This document shows, piece by piece, positions 49,807-59,785 of a stretch of DNA of 64,000 nt. The stretch covers positions 256,001-320,000 of the forward strand of contig OZ223300.1 in assembly GCA_965140705.1 (NCBI GenBank). The letters are read 5' to 3'. A program made the position numbers and the translations under genes. The number at the start of each line of letters is the position of its first letter. The first letter of the stretch is position 1. The notes under the pieces were generated by a model. That model searched no databases and was not told where the DNA came from. It was given only the letters and a program-made list of their open reading frames with translations. Source of the stretch: an uncultured Arcobacter sp. (GTDB taxonomy: Bacteria > Campylobacterota > Campylobacteria > Campylobacterales > Arcobacteraceae).

Positions 49807-51441
49807 TTGGCAAATGAATTAGCAGGAAAAAAAGCACCCAAAGAGATATTAGAGGATATCCCAAAACTACTTTCATCTTATTATGAAAATAAGCCAAATA
49901 TAAATGAAGTAAGTCAAAAAGTTAGTTTTGGTACATCTGGACATAGGGGAAGTTCCCTAAAAACAAGTTTCAATGAAGACCATATTTTAGCTATTTCTCA
50001 AGCCTTATGTGAATATAGAAAAGATGCAAAAATAACTGGAACTTTATATATAGGAATAGATACTCATGCCCTCTCAACTCCTGCTCAAACAACAGCATTA
50101 CAAGTATTTGTAGCAAATAAAGTAAAATGTAAAATTGCCCAAAATAAAAACTTCACGCCCACTCCTGTAATTTCCTTTACTATTTTAGAAGCAAATAAAA
50201 ATAGTGAAATATTAAATGATGGAGTTGTAATAACTCCTTCTCACAATCCACCAAGTGATGGTGGCTTTAAATATAATCCACCAAATGGTGGACCAGCAGA
50301 TAGTGATATTACAACTATCATAGAAAATAGAGCAAATGAGATTTTGGCAAATGGTTTAAAGGATGTAAAAAAAGTCCCAATTGAAGAGTTAGATGCTTCT
50401 TTGTTTGTAGAAGAGTTTGATTTTATAACTCCTTATGTAAAAGCTCTTGATACTATTATTGATATGTCTTGTATTAAAAAAGCAAATCTTAAAATTGGTG
50501 TTGACCCAATGGGTGGTTCTGGAATAGAAGTTTACAAAAAGATAAAAGAGATTTATGGTTTAAATCTTGAAATTGTAAATGATAAAGTTGATCCAACTTT
50601 TTCTTTTATGACTTGCGATCATGACGGTAAGATTAGAATGGATTGTTCATCAAAAGATGCAATGGCTTCATTAATAGGCTTAAAAGATAAATATGAATTA
50701 GCTTTTGCAAATGATCCTGACTTTGATAGACATGGAATAGTAACTCCAAGTGTTGGGCTTATGAATCCAAATCATTATCTCTCTGTTGCTATTTGGTATT
50801 TATTTTCAAATAGACCTTGGAGTGATGACTTAGGTATTGGGAAGACATTAGTCTCAAGTTCTATGATAGATAGAGTTGCAAAAATGCTTAATAAAAAGCT
50901 TTATGAAGTACCTGTTGGCTTTAAATGGTTTGTTGATGGTCTTTATGAAGGAACTTTAGGTTTTGGTGGAGAAGAGAGTGCTGGAGCTTCATTTTTAAGA
51001 TTTGATGGAAGTGTTTGGTCAACTGATAAAGATGGAATAATTTTAAATTTATTAGCAGCTGAGATTACTTCAAAACTAAAAAAAGATCCTGGAACTATTT
51101 ATAAAGAGTTGGAAGAAAAAAATGGGACTTCATATTATAAAAGAATCGATGCCCCAGCAACAATAGAGCAAAAAGCTAAACTAAAAAGTCTAAGTGTTGA
51201 AGATATAGTATCAAAAGAGCTTGCAGGGGAACTTATCGAAAATATTTTTACCAAAGCAGAGGGTAATAAAGCATCCATTGGAGGGCTAAAAGTGGTTACC
51301 AAAAATGGTTGGTTTGCAGCTCGTCCTTCAGGTACAGAAGATATATATAAAATCTATGCGGAGAGTTTTATAAGTAGTGAGCATTTGGAGCTTATTTTAA
51401 GCCAAGCTCAAGAGATAGTAACACAAAGTATAAAAGGATAA
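49807..51441 (+). CDS. pgm: Phosphoglucomutase (alpha-D-glucose phosphate-specific)
   Basis: FGTSGHRGSS, TPSHNPP, DPDFDRHG, GGEESAG, RPSGTE; TTG start after AAGGAG. Confidence 0.95.
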   Translation: MANELAGKKAPKEILEDIPKLLSSYYENKPNINEVSQKVSFGTSGHRGSSLKTSFNEDHILAISQALCEYRKDAKITGTLYIGIDTHALSTPAQTTALQVFVANKVKCKIAQNKNFTPTPVISFTILEANKNSEILNDGVVITPSHNPPSDGGFKYNPPNGGPADSDITTIIENRANEILANGLKDVKKVPIEELDASLFVEEFDFITPYVKALDTIIDMSCIKKANLKIGVDPMGGSGIEVYKKIKEIYGLNLEIVNDKVDPTFSFMTCDHDGKIRMDCSSKDAMASLIGLKDKYELAFANDPDFDRHGIVTPSVGLMNPNHYLSVAIWYLFSNRPWSDDLGIGKTLVSSSMIDRVAKMLNKKLYEVPVGFKWFVDGLYEGTLGFGGEESAGASFLRFDGSVWSTDKDGIILNLLAAEITSKLKKDPGTIYKELEEKNGTSYYKRIDAPATIEQKAKLKSLSVEDIVSKELAGELIENIFTKAEGNKASIGGLKVVTKNGWFAARPSGTEDIYKIYAESFISSEHLELILSQAQEIVTQSIKG

Positions 51442-51444
51442 AAG

Positions 51445-52653
51445 ATGAATTATAGTGCAAATTTTAGTCCAAGGGTTTCTGATAGTGAGATTTTCGAAAG
51501 TATAAAAAAAGAGAAGCAAGATATAGGTTATTATAACTTGCCTTTTCAAGATACAACTCTAATAAAAGAGTATGCCCAAACTGTCAAGCAAAAAGATATA
51601 GCAATAATTGGAATAGGTGGGAGTACTTTAGGAACCTTCGCAATTTATAGTTTTTTAACCAGAACCCATAACTTTGATAAAAAGCTTTATTTTTTTGAAT
51701 CAACTGATCCAATTGATATAAATACAAGATTGGAAAGATTAGATTTAGATAATACACTATTTATCGTTATTAGTAAATCAGGTACAACTATTGAGACAAT
51801 AAGTGTCTTTAAATACCTTTATTCAAAAGTTAAAATTGACAAAGATAATTGTTTGATAATAACAGAGACTGATAGTAAACTAAATGATTTTGCCCAAAGT
51901 AATGATATAAAAACATTTGAAATACCAAAAAATGTTGGTGGGCGGTTTTCTGTATTTTCAACTGTAGGACTTGTACCTTTAGCAATTGTTGGAATTGATA
52001 TTGATAGATTATTAGATGGAGCTAAAGAGGCTTATAGTGAATACTTTGAACAAGAGGCTTTATATAAAAGAATAATGACAAAAGCTAGATTTATGGCAGA
52101 GTATAAGCATAAGTTTAATAATAATGTAGTTTTTTCTTATGCTTCTGAACTTGAAGGATTTAATAAATGGTATGTACAATTATGGGGAGAGAGCTTAGGA
52201 AAAATAGATAAAGACAATACTCACCAAGGTTTGACTCCAATTGGTTTATTAGGACCTGTTGATCAACATAGTTTTTTACAGTTAATCATCCAAGGAAAAA
52301 GGGATAAAACGGTTACTTTTATTAAAATAAAAGATTTTGCAGATAACTCAAAAATCCCTGATGTCAAATTAAAAGGTTTAGAAGAACTTGATTATATTAA
52401 TAATTTAAAATTCTCTGAGCTTATAAATCATCAAGCAGATGCTACAATAGAAGCAGTACATGATTTACAAGATATTCCATGTGATACTATTACTATGGAT
52501 AAGGTTGATGGATTTAGTTTAGCAAAACTAATGTATGTATATGAATTACTAACTTCAATAGTTGGAAAATTTTTATTTATAAATGCCTATGACCAACCAG
52601 GCGTTGAAAGTGGTAAAATAATCTTAAAAGAAAAACTAAAAAAGAAAAAATAA
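51445..52653 (+). CDS. pgi: Glucose-6-phosphate isomerase
   Basis: GIGGS, SKSGTT, VGGRFS, QLWGESLGK, DQHS, DQPGVE. Confidence 0.93.
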   Translation: MNYSANFSPRVSDSEIFESIKKEKQDIGYYNLPFQDTTLIKEYAQTVKQKDIAIIGIGGSTLGTFAIYSFLTRTHNFDKKLYFFESTDPIDINTRLERLDLDNTLFIVISKSGTTIETISVFKYLYSKVKIDKDNCLIITETDSKLNDFAQSNDIKTFEIPKNVGGRFSVFSTVGLVPLAIVGIDIDRLLDGAKEAYSEYFEQEALYKRIMTKARFMAEYKHKFNNNVVFSYASELEGFNKWYVQLWGESLGKIDKDNTHQGLTPIGLLGPVDQHSFLQLIIQGKRDKTVTFIKIKDFADNSKIPDVKLKGLEELDYINNLKFSELINHQADATIEAVHDLQDIPCDTITMDKVDGFSLAKLMYVYELLTSIVGKFLFINAYDQPGVESGKIILKEKLKKKK

Positions 52654-52731
52654 GGCATAGAATGTTCTTATAGGGATATGAAAAACTTTTGGATTAATGT
52701 ATAATCTTTAATAAAAAGGTAAGGGAAGATT

Positions 52732-53685
52732 ATGAAATTAGGAATATCTTCGTGTTTGATAGGAAATCTTTGTCGATATGATGGTGCTCATTCAAAAGAT
52801 GCTTTTGTATTTAATATCCTTCAAAAGTATTTTAAAATAGTGCCTTATTGTCCTGAGAGTATCATTTTTGGTACTCCAAGGGAGACTATTAGATTGGTTC
52901 GTAAAGGTGAAGATATAAAAGTCACTACAAGTGACGGTTCAAAGGATGTAACTAAACAACTAGATGATATCTCAGTTTCTTGTGCAAAACAAATAGCAGA
53001 TGATGATATTTGTGGCTTTATTCTAAAATCAAAATCACCTACTTGTGGTATGGAAAGAGTAAAAGTTTACCAAGAGAAAAATGGACCAAGTATAAAAGAA
53101 GGTGTTGGTTTTTTTGCAAAAAGAATAAAAGAATTTTATCCTTATTTACCCCTAGAAGAAGAGGGTAGACTTAATGATGCTTGGTTGAAAGAAAATTTTT
53201 TAATGCAAGTTTTTGCTTATAAAGACTTACATGAGTTTTTAAAAAAAGAAGATATTGAGTTTAATGATTTAGTAGAGTTTCATACTTCATACAAATATTT
53301 AATTTATGCAAAATCACAAGAGTTTTACAAAGAGTTAGGACATATTGTTGCAAACCATGAGAAAAAACCTTTAAAAGAGATTTTAGCTGAATACAAACAA
53401 AGTTTTTTAAAAGCAATAAGTGAAAAAAGTACTATTAATAAAACTTACAATGTTTTACTTCATATTTTTGGATATTTTAAAAAACATATCTCAAAAGAAG
53501 AAAAAGAGCTATTACTTGTGAGTATGGATGAGTATAAAGACGGGATTATTCCTCTTATAACTATAGTTAAGATGTTTAAAATATATATTAGTAGATATGA
53601 TATTGAATACTTAAAAAAACAAAAATTTTTAAATCCATATCCAGCTGAATTAGCCTTGAGATCTGATTTAAAAGCTAATAAATAG
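52732..53685 (+). CDS. YbgA family protein (DUF523/2-thiouracil desulfurase-like + DUF1722)
   Basis: GISSCLIG..CRYDG, CPE, KSPTCG, EEEGRL, FHTSYK, HIFGYFK. Confidence 0.85.
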   Translation: MKLGISSCLIGNLCRYDGAHSKDAFVFNILQKYFKIVPYCPESIIFGTPRETIRLVRKGEDIKVTTSDGSKDVTKQLDDISVSCAKQIADDDICGFILKSKSPTCGMERVKVYQEKNGPSIKEGVGFFAKRIKEFYPYLPLEEEGRLNDAWLKENFLMQVFAYKDLHEFLKKEDIEFNDLVEFHTSYKYLIYAKSQEFYKELGHIVANHEKKPLKEILAEYKQSFLKAISEKSTINKTYNVLLHIFGYFKKHISKEEKELLLVSMDEYKDGIIPLITIVKMFKIYISRYDIEYLKKQKFLNPYPAELALRSDLKANK

Positions 53686-53692
53686 AATTTAA

Positions 53693-54154
53693 ATGGAAGA
53701 TTTAAATAATAATATACCTCTTCATATGAATGTGATGGTAGTTTTCTTTTCAGTACTGCCATTTCTTGTGATGGCTAGTATATATTTTGCAAAAAATAAA
53801 CAGTATAAGTTGCACTTTTATTCCCAAGGGTTTATTTTAGTTTTGACAGTTTTAGTATTAGTGTTTTTTGAAATCATGATTAGAATAGATGGTGGTTTTT
53901 TTGAGTTTGCCAAACAAAGTGATATGCCCCATGGCTTTTTAGTAGGATATTTGATTTTTCATATAATAATTGCTTTGATTGCTGCTGTTTTATGGATAAG
54001 ATTATTTATCAAATCTATGCTTTTATATCAAAATGGAAAAATAGAAGAGATAAAAGCTTCAAATCATATACGAGAGGGAAAGATTACTTTTATATTTTTA
54101 CTACTTAGTTGTATAACTGGAGTATTTGTTTATCTATTTTTGTTTATTTTTTGA
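53693..54154 (+). CDS. DUF420-like membrane protein
   Basis: 4 TM with conserved-looking His residues (LH, FHI, HI) and C-terminal TGVFVY. Confidence 0.65.
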   Translation: MEDLNNNIPLHMNVMVVFFSVLPFLVMASIYFAKNKQYKLHFYSQGFILVLTVLVLVFFEIMIRIDGGFFEFAKQSDMPHGFLVGYLIFHIIIALIAAVLWIRLFIKSMLLYQNGKIEEIKASNHIREGKITFIFLLLSCITGVFVYLFLFIF

Positions 54155-54192
54155 AAAGATGCTAAAATACGAAAAAAGAATAAGGAAGTTTA

Positions 54193-54741
54193 ATGAGTAT
54201 AGAGAAGGATCTTTTAGATAGAAGTGGTAGTGTTTGTGAACTTTGTGGGGCAAGTGATGGTCTTGAAGCAATTGAAGTTGCACCAAAAAATGAGAAAATT
54301 GTAGTATGTTCTACATGTAAAGAGCAAATTGAAGATGAGTCAAAAATGGATTCAAATCACTTTAGATGTTTAAATGATTCTATGTGGAGTGAAACTCCAG
54401 CTGTACAAGTTGTTGCTTATAGATTATTAAAGAACTTATCAATTGACGAAGGTTGGGCTCAAGATTTAGTTGAGATGATGTATTTAGAACCTGAAACTTT
54501 AGAATGGGCAGAAGCAGGGCTTGCTACTGGTGAAGTTGTAAAAGATAGTAATGGTGTTACTTTGAATTCAGGTGATAGTGTAACTATTATAAAAGATTTA
54601 GATGTAAAAGGTGCTGGATTTACTGCAAAAAGAGGAACTGTTGTAAAAGGAATATCTTTAGGTGATGATCCAACTCACATTGAAGGTAAAGTAAATGGAG
54701 TTAGAATCTTTTTGAAAACTTGTTTTTTGAAAAAATGTTAA
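54193..54741 (+). CDS. PhnA domain-containing zinc-ribbon protein
   Basis: CELC, CSTC, RCLNDSMW, KDSNG..L..GD.V..IKDL.VKG, KRGT. Confidence 0.85.
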   Translation: MSIEKDLLDRSGSVCELCGASDGLEAIEVAPKNEKIVVCSTCKEQIEDESKMDSNHFRCLNDSMWSETPAVQVVAYRLLKNLSIDEGWAQDLVEMMYLEPETLEWAEAGLATGEVVKDSNGVTLNSGDSVTIIKDLDVKGAGFTAKRGTVVKGISLGDDPTHIEGKVNGVRIFLKTCFLKKC

Positions 54742-54744
54742 GAT

Positions 54745-54770
54745 AAACTCTCTACTTTTGTAGAGAGTTT
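54745..54770. terminator. Bidirectional terminator between the PhnA-domain gene and purT
   Basis: AAACTCTCTAC-TTTT-GTAGAGAGTTT. Confidence 0.75.
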
Positions 54771-55939
54771 TAGCAATCAGAGAAGTTTTTTATAAGCTCT
54801 TTTGCATTTTTAAGGGCTTTATCGCTTGACTCTTTATCAAAAGTAAGTGCTACAGCCATTCTTCTTCCCACATGAGATTGTGGCTTTCCAAAAACTCTAA
54901 CGTATGAATTATCACTAAATGCTTCATCTTTAATATCAACAATAGGATTAAAAGTATCTGCAACAGCTTTATATGCAGCACTTGCACCTGCTCCATATTG
55001 AATATAATTTAAAGGCAATCCTAATACTGCTCTTACATGAAGTGCAAATTCACTTTGAGATTGAGTAATCATAGTTACCATTCCTGTATCATGAGGTCTT
55101 GGGCTTACTTCAGAAAAATAAACTTCATCACCTTTTACAAATAATTCAACTCCAAAAATACCTCTACCACCTAAACCATCAGTGATTTTTTTAGCTATTT
55201 CTTCTGATTTTTTGATTGCTTTATCACTCATTTTCATTGGTTGCCATGAGAAGATATAGTCACCATCTTTTTGAATATGTCCAATAGGAGCACAGAAGAT
55301 AGTTTGTCTTTCATTTCTTACAGTCAAAAGAGTTATTTCATAATCAAATTTTATAAACTCCTCAACAATTAGTTCACTAGCATCACCTCTAGCTTCTTTG
55401 GCAATTTCCCATGATTTTTCTAACTCTTTAGCACTTTTAGCAATACTTTGTCCGTGTCCAGAACTACTCATTACAGGTTTAATAACACAAGGAAAACCAA
55501 TATATTCTGCTGCATTTTTTAGCTCATCAAAACTTTTTACAAACTTGTATTTACTTGTAGGCAGTTCTAACTCTTCAGCTGCAAATTCTCGTATGTTTTT
55601 TCTATTCATTGTTTTGTTTACAGCTTCGGCATTTGGGATTACATGAAATCCCTCTTTTTCAGCAGTAAACAGAGCATCAATATTGATCGCTTCAACTTCT
55701 GGCAGAATATAATCAGGTTTTTCTCTTCTAATTACATCTAATATTTCATTTTTATTTTTCATATTGATTGTGTAAGCTTTATTAGCAACAAGTTGTGCAG
55801 GAGCATTAATATAACTGTCAACTGCAATAGTTTCAATACCTAATCTTTGAGCTTCAATTATAACTTCTTTACCAAGTTCACCACTTCCAAGTAACATTAT
55901 TTTAATTGAATCAGATTTTAATGGAGCATTAAATTTCAT
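54770..55939 (-). CDS. purT: Formate-dependent GAR transformylase
   Basis: [38 protein letters not shown]. Confidence 0.95.
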   Translation of the reverse strand: MKFNAPLKSDSIKIMLLGSGELGKEVIIEAQRLGIETIAVDSYINAPAQLVANKAYTINMKNKNEILDVIRREKPDYILPEVEAINIDALFTAEKEGFHVIPNAEAVNKTMNRKNIREFAAEELELPTSKYKFVKSFDELKNAAEYIGFPCVIKPVMSSSGHGQSIAKSAKELEKSWEIAKEARGDASELIVEEFIKFDYEITLLTVRNERQTIFCAPIGHIQKDGDYIFSWQPMKMSDKAIKKSEEIAKKITDGLGGRGIFGVELFVKGDEVYFSEVSPRPHDTGMVTMITQSQSEFALHVRAVLGLPLNYIQYGAGASAAYKAVADTFNPIVDIKDEAFSDNSYVRVFGKPQSHVGRRMAVALTFDKESSDKALKNAKELIKNFSDC

Positions 55940-56681
55940 TTATTTCCTTTTTTAAGTTTTTATAAAATTTTTCATCGTATTTTTCTAGATTATTACTTTG
56001 TATAACAATTTTTAATATTCTTAAGTATCTTTCTTTTATTTGAGAGTAGTTTATTAATGTTTGGCTTAAAATTAAACCTGATAATTCTTTATTCATTTTT
56101 TCAAAATGAGAACGTAACATTCTAAATGCTCTATAAGCTTCTGTTCTATTTAGGTTTAACATATATGAAGAAATAGATTTCTCAAATGAATCAAATATCC
56201 TTACCATATGTGTAGCATTAGGATCTCGATTTAAAGGGATCATTCCTTTTTCTCCATTTTTCCCATATGTCCAATGTCCAAACAGATTATTTCCTTCCCT
56301 TACAAATCTACTTGTTCCCCAACCACTTTCAACAGCAGCTTGTGCTAGGGCTAAAGATGGAGGTACAATATTTACCCTAATTAAAAGTTTGTTATAATCA
56401 TAAATATTATCTACTCTATATTTTTGGGCTAGTAATTTAAGTCTTTGTATATTTTTAACTCTTCTACTAAAATGTTTATCTAATCTCATTTTTAAGATAA
56501 ATTTTCTATCTTCCAAGATTTTTATATTTGCATGCTCAATATAAGGAAATAAGTAATTAAAAAAATAGTTTTGTTTTTTAATAGTTGCTTTCATTTTATA
56601 ATATTTATCGGGGAAACCAGTTGTCCCCGCATAAATATTAATTAAAAATAGAGTTGAAAGTATAAATAATATTTTATTCAT
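55929..56681 (-). CDS. Glucosaminidase (GH73) domain exported protein, Bax-like
   Basis: [34 protein letters not shown]. Confidence 0.85.
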   Translation of the reverse strand: MNKILFILSTLFLINIYAGTTGFPDKYYKMKATIKKQNYFFNYLFPYIEHANIKILEDRKFILKMRLDKHFSRRVKNIQRLKLLAQKYRVDNIYDYNKLLIRVNIVPPSLALAQAAVESGWGTSRFVREGNNLFGHWTYGKNGEKGMIPLNRDPNATHMVRIFDSFEKSISSYMLNLNRTEAYRAFRMLRSHFEKMNKELSGLILSQTLINYSQIKERYLRILKIVIQSNNLEKYDEKFYKNLKKEINEI

Positions 56682-56689
56682 ATTATTTA

Positions 56690-57427
56690 TTATATCTCTG
56701 TTACGAATACTTTTTTTACTGCACCTTTAAAGAAGAGCTCACCATCTCTTATACTAACTATTAATTCCTCTTTGCTTTTTGGATAAACAAAAGATTTATT
56801 ATCTACTAATCCCAAAGCATTTGCTCTTAAAAAACATGCAACCATTCCTGTTCCACAAGCTAAAGTTTCACCCTCAACACCTCGTTCATAGGTTCTTACA
56901 AATATTTTTCCATCTTCAATTTTTGCAAAGTTTACATTTGCATTATGTTCATATCTCATTTTTGAAGATAAATCATGGTCATATTTTTCTAAATCATCTA
57001 CAATGGTTACTAAATGGGGAACGCCTGTATCGATTAAATACCAAGTCAAACCCTCTTGTTCAAACTCTTCTTTGATGATTTTAGGTTTAGTCATTTGAGT
57101 TTCAACAATATTTCCATCTACAGATGATGTTATAAATCCAGCTTCTGTCAAAAACTTCATATTTGAAGGAGCTAAACCATTTTTGTAAGCATAGTGTGCT
57201 ACTGCTCTTGTACCATTTCCACACATAGCAGCATCACTACCATCACTATTATAAAAAAGCCATTCAAAATCAGCTGTTTCATTTGGAACAATAACAATTA
57301 GTCCATCTGCACCAATACCTTCAGTTCTATTACATAGATTTATAGCATCTTGCGAATAGTCTTTTTTTATTAGTGTATGAAAAATCACAAAGTCATTTCC
57401 ACTGGCGCTGTATTTTGTATATGTCAT
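56690..57427 (-). CDS. dapF: Diaminopimelate epimerase
   Basis: GNDF, GADG, NSDGS..MCGNG, GVPH, ERGVEGETLACGTG. Confidence 0.95.
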   Translation of the reverse strand: MTYTKYSASGNDFVIFHTLIKKDYSQDAINLCNRTEGIGADGLIVIVPNETADFEWLFYNSDGSDAAMCGNGTRAVAHYAYKNGLAPSNMKFLTEAGFITSSVDGNIVETQMTKPKIIKEEFEQEGLTWYLIDTGVPHLVTIVDDLEKYDHDLSSKMRYEHNANVNFAKIEDGKIFVRTYERGVEGETLACGTGMVACFLRANALGLVDNKSFVYPKSKEELIVSIRDGELFFKGAVKKVFVTEI

Positions 57428-58014
57428 ATAAGTTCTCCTATAACTCGTTCAACTTCTTTTTGAAGGTTTTTTAAATTTGTTGAATTATCAATTACTAAAT
57501 CTGCTAATTTCTTTTTTTCTTCTATATCCATTTGATTTGAAATTTTTAATTTTGCTTCTTCTTTGCTTATATTGTCCCTTTGCATCAATCTTTCTATTTG
57601 TATCTCTTTTGGGGTATAAACCACTAAAGATTTTTTAATAGGATAATTCATCTTTTCATAAAACAAAGGAATATCTATAAGATATGGTTTCCCTTGTTTT
57701 TCAAAGATTAAAGCCTCTTTTTCTATTTCTTCTTTTATTAAAGGATGAATAAAACTTTCCAATTTTTCTTTATTTTCTTGATTTGAAAATATTATAGGTC
57801 CTAGTTTTTTTCTAAGTACCTTTCCCTCTTCTACATACTCTTGCCCAAACATTGAAGCTATCTTATTACTATGTCTGTCTAAAAGTCTATGTGCTATCTT
57901 GTCTGCATCTATTGTCAAAAATCCATGTAGCTTAAAAAGACTACAAACTGTACTTTTACCTGTGGCTATACCACCTGTTAATGCAATAGCATATTTAAAT
58001 GTTTCATTATTCAT
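57424..58014 (-). CDS. coaE: Dephospho-CoA kinase
   Basis: LTGGIATGKST, DADKIAH, IHPLI, DIPLFYE, IDNS. Confidence 0.95.
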   Translation of the reverse strand: MNNETFKYAIALTGGIATGKSTVCSLFKLHGFLTIDADKIAHRLLDRHSNKIASMFGQEYVEEGKVLRKKLGPIIFSNQENKEKLESFIHPLIKEEIEKEALIFEKQGKPYLIDIPLFYEKMNYPIKKSLVVYTPKEIQIERLMQRDNISKEEAKLKISNQMDIEEKKKLADLVIDNSTNLKNLQKEVERVIGELI

Positions 58015-58076
58015 TATTAGATTTTACAATAAAATTGATTAATTTAAAAGGGGAAGGAGATTTTGTACTACAAAGC

Positions 58077-58631
58077 TTATCGCTTTGCAATACCTGTTAA
58101 CTCTTTTTGAATATAAGTTGGGAATACAAAAGATGCATGTTGAATCTCTGTAGAATAGTAGTTTAAGTCCACAAGTAAATCAGATCTTTGTAAAATAATA
58201 TCAGCTGTTGGATGATATTTTTTAGATGCTAATACACAAGTTGTATGTCCAAAACTATATGGCATACAAATCCAAAAATTTGCCCCTGTGATTGTTAAAT
58301 CATTTTTTAATTTATCTGCATCTTTAGAATAACTAGCTGTTTTATATGAAATTAAACCATCATCTTTTAAAACTCTTTGAATATTTGCTAAAACTATTTC
58401 ATCAATATTTATATCAGTTAAAATTATTACATCAATATTTTTTTCATTTTTAGAGTTTAATAAAGAAATATCCCCATATTCTACATTTACTCTATGTTTT
58501 GCAACTTCTTGTTTTAACTCTTCGTCATAGTTTCCTATAACTAAAATATTTTCAGGTTCTTTATGCGTACATAGAGGAACATGAACAATCATTTCATTAA
58601 AAGCAAAGTTTTTGTTTTCAACACTTGACAT
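58077..58631 (-). CDS. Truncated/degenerate spermidine synthase-like protein
   Basis: EMIVHVPLCTH..P.NILVIG and ASKKYHP, YY...H..SFVFP retained; GGGDG motif and N-terminal beta domain absent. Confidence 0.7.
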   Translation of the reverse strand: MSSVENKNFAFNEMIVHVPLCTHKEPENILVIGNYDEELKQEVAKHRVNVEYGDISLLNSKNEKNIDVIILTDINIDEIVLANIQRVLKDDGLISYKTASYSKDADKLKNDLTITGANFWICMPYSFGHTTCVLASKKYHPTADIILQRSDLLVDLNYYSTEIQHASFVFPTYIQKELTGIAKR

Positions 58632-58735
58632 TATTAGTCCTTTTATTTTATTAAATTTTCGATATAATAGCGAAAAATTTTTAAATTAATAAAAGATAAT
58701 TACTTTAATTGTAAAAATAAAAAAAAAGGTGAAGA

Positions 58736-59731
58736 ATGAGCACAGTTAGTTACAAAGATGCTGGTGTAGATATAGACGCAGGAAATCAATTTGTTGAAAA
58801 TATTAAGCCATATGTTAAATCAACAATGATTCCTGGAGTACTTGGGGGAATAGGTTCTTTTGCAGGTGCCTTTGAGTTACCAAGTGGTTACAAAAAACCA
58901 GTATTACTTTCAGGAACTGATGGTGTTGGAACTAAATTAAAATTAGCAATTGATTCTAAAAAATTTGATACAGTAGGTATTGACTTAGTTGCTATGTGTA
59001 CAAATGACTTATTATGTAATTTTGGTGAGCCACTATTTTTCTTAGATTATTATGCAACTGCAAAATTAGAAGTTGAAGAAGCGACACAAGTTGTAAAAGG
59101 TATAGCTGAAGGTTGTGTTAGAAGTGAATGTGCACTTGTAGGTGGAGAAACTGCTGAGATGCCAGGAATGTACAAAGAGGGTGATTTTGATTTAGCTGGT
59201 TTTTGTGTTGGAATTGCTGAAAAAGATGAATTAAATAGAATAGATAAAATCTCTATTGGAGATACTTTAATTGCTCTTCCATCTTCAGGAGTTCATTCAA
59301 ATGGATTTTCACTTGTAAGAAAATTATTACTTGAAAAACTAGGAATGTCTTTAGATGATGATTTCCAAGGAAAACCATTAAAAGATGTATTATTAGAACC
59401 AACTAGAATATATGTAAAAGAGTTCAAAGCAAACAAAGATAATATTAATGCTTTAGCCCATATCACAGGTGGTGGTATTACTGAAAACTTGCCAAGAGTT
59501 TTACCAGATAATTTTAAAGCAGTGGTTGATAGAAGTAAGATTAAGGTGCTACCAATCTTTGAATTTATGTCTAAACATGTTGAAGTTGAAGAGATGTATA
59601 GAACATTTAATATGGGTGTTGGTATGGTTTTAGTTGTAAATCCTGCAAATGTGGATGCCATTTTAGCTAATACTGATGGATATGTTATTGGAGAAATTGC
59701 TGAAGGTGAAAAAGGCGTAGAGTTTATATAG
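58736..59731 (+). CDS. purM: Phosphoribosylaminoimidazole synthetase
   Basis: YKDAGVDI, TDGVGTK, GGETAEMP, HSNGFS, HITGGG, FNMGVG. Confidence 0.97.
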   Translation: MSTVSYKDAGVDIDAGNQFVENIKPYVKSTMIPGVLGGIGSFAGAFELPSGYKKPVLLSGTDGVGTKLKLAIDSKKFDTVGIDLVAMCTNDLLCNFGEPLFFLDYYATAKLEVEEATQVVKGIAEGCVRSECALVGGETAEMPGMYKEGDFDLAGFCVGIAEKDELNRIDKISIGDTLIALPSSGVHSNGFSLVRKLLLEKLGMSLDDDFQGKPLKDVLLEPTRIYVKEFKANKDNINALAHITGGGITENLPRVLPDNFKAVVDRSKIKVLPIFEFMSKHVEVEEMYRTFNMGVGMVLVVNPANVDAILANTDGYVIGEIAEGEKGVEFI

Positions 59732-59750
59732 TCTTTTACTATTTTCTTTT

Positions 59751-59782
59751 AAAGGTAAGTTCTTTTGGACTTACCTTTTTTT
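59751..59782 (+). terminator. Intrinsic terminator after purM
   Basis: AAAGGTAAGTTC-TTTT-GGACTTACCTTT + T-tract. Confidence 0.8.
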
Positions 59783-59785
59783 ATG

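Noticed and set aside
52596..52604. ACCAGGCGT in pgi matches the tRNA-Arg 3' end (possible attR)
   Set aside because: Only 9 bp, lies in the conserved QPGVE codons of pgi, and no integrase is present; likely chance
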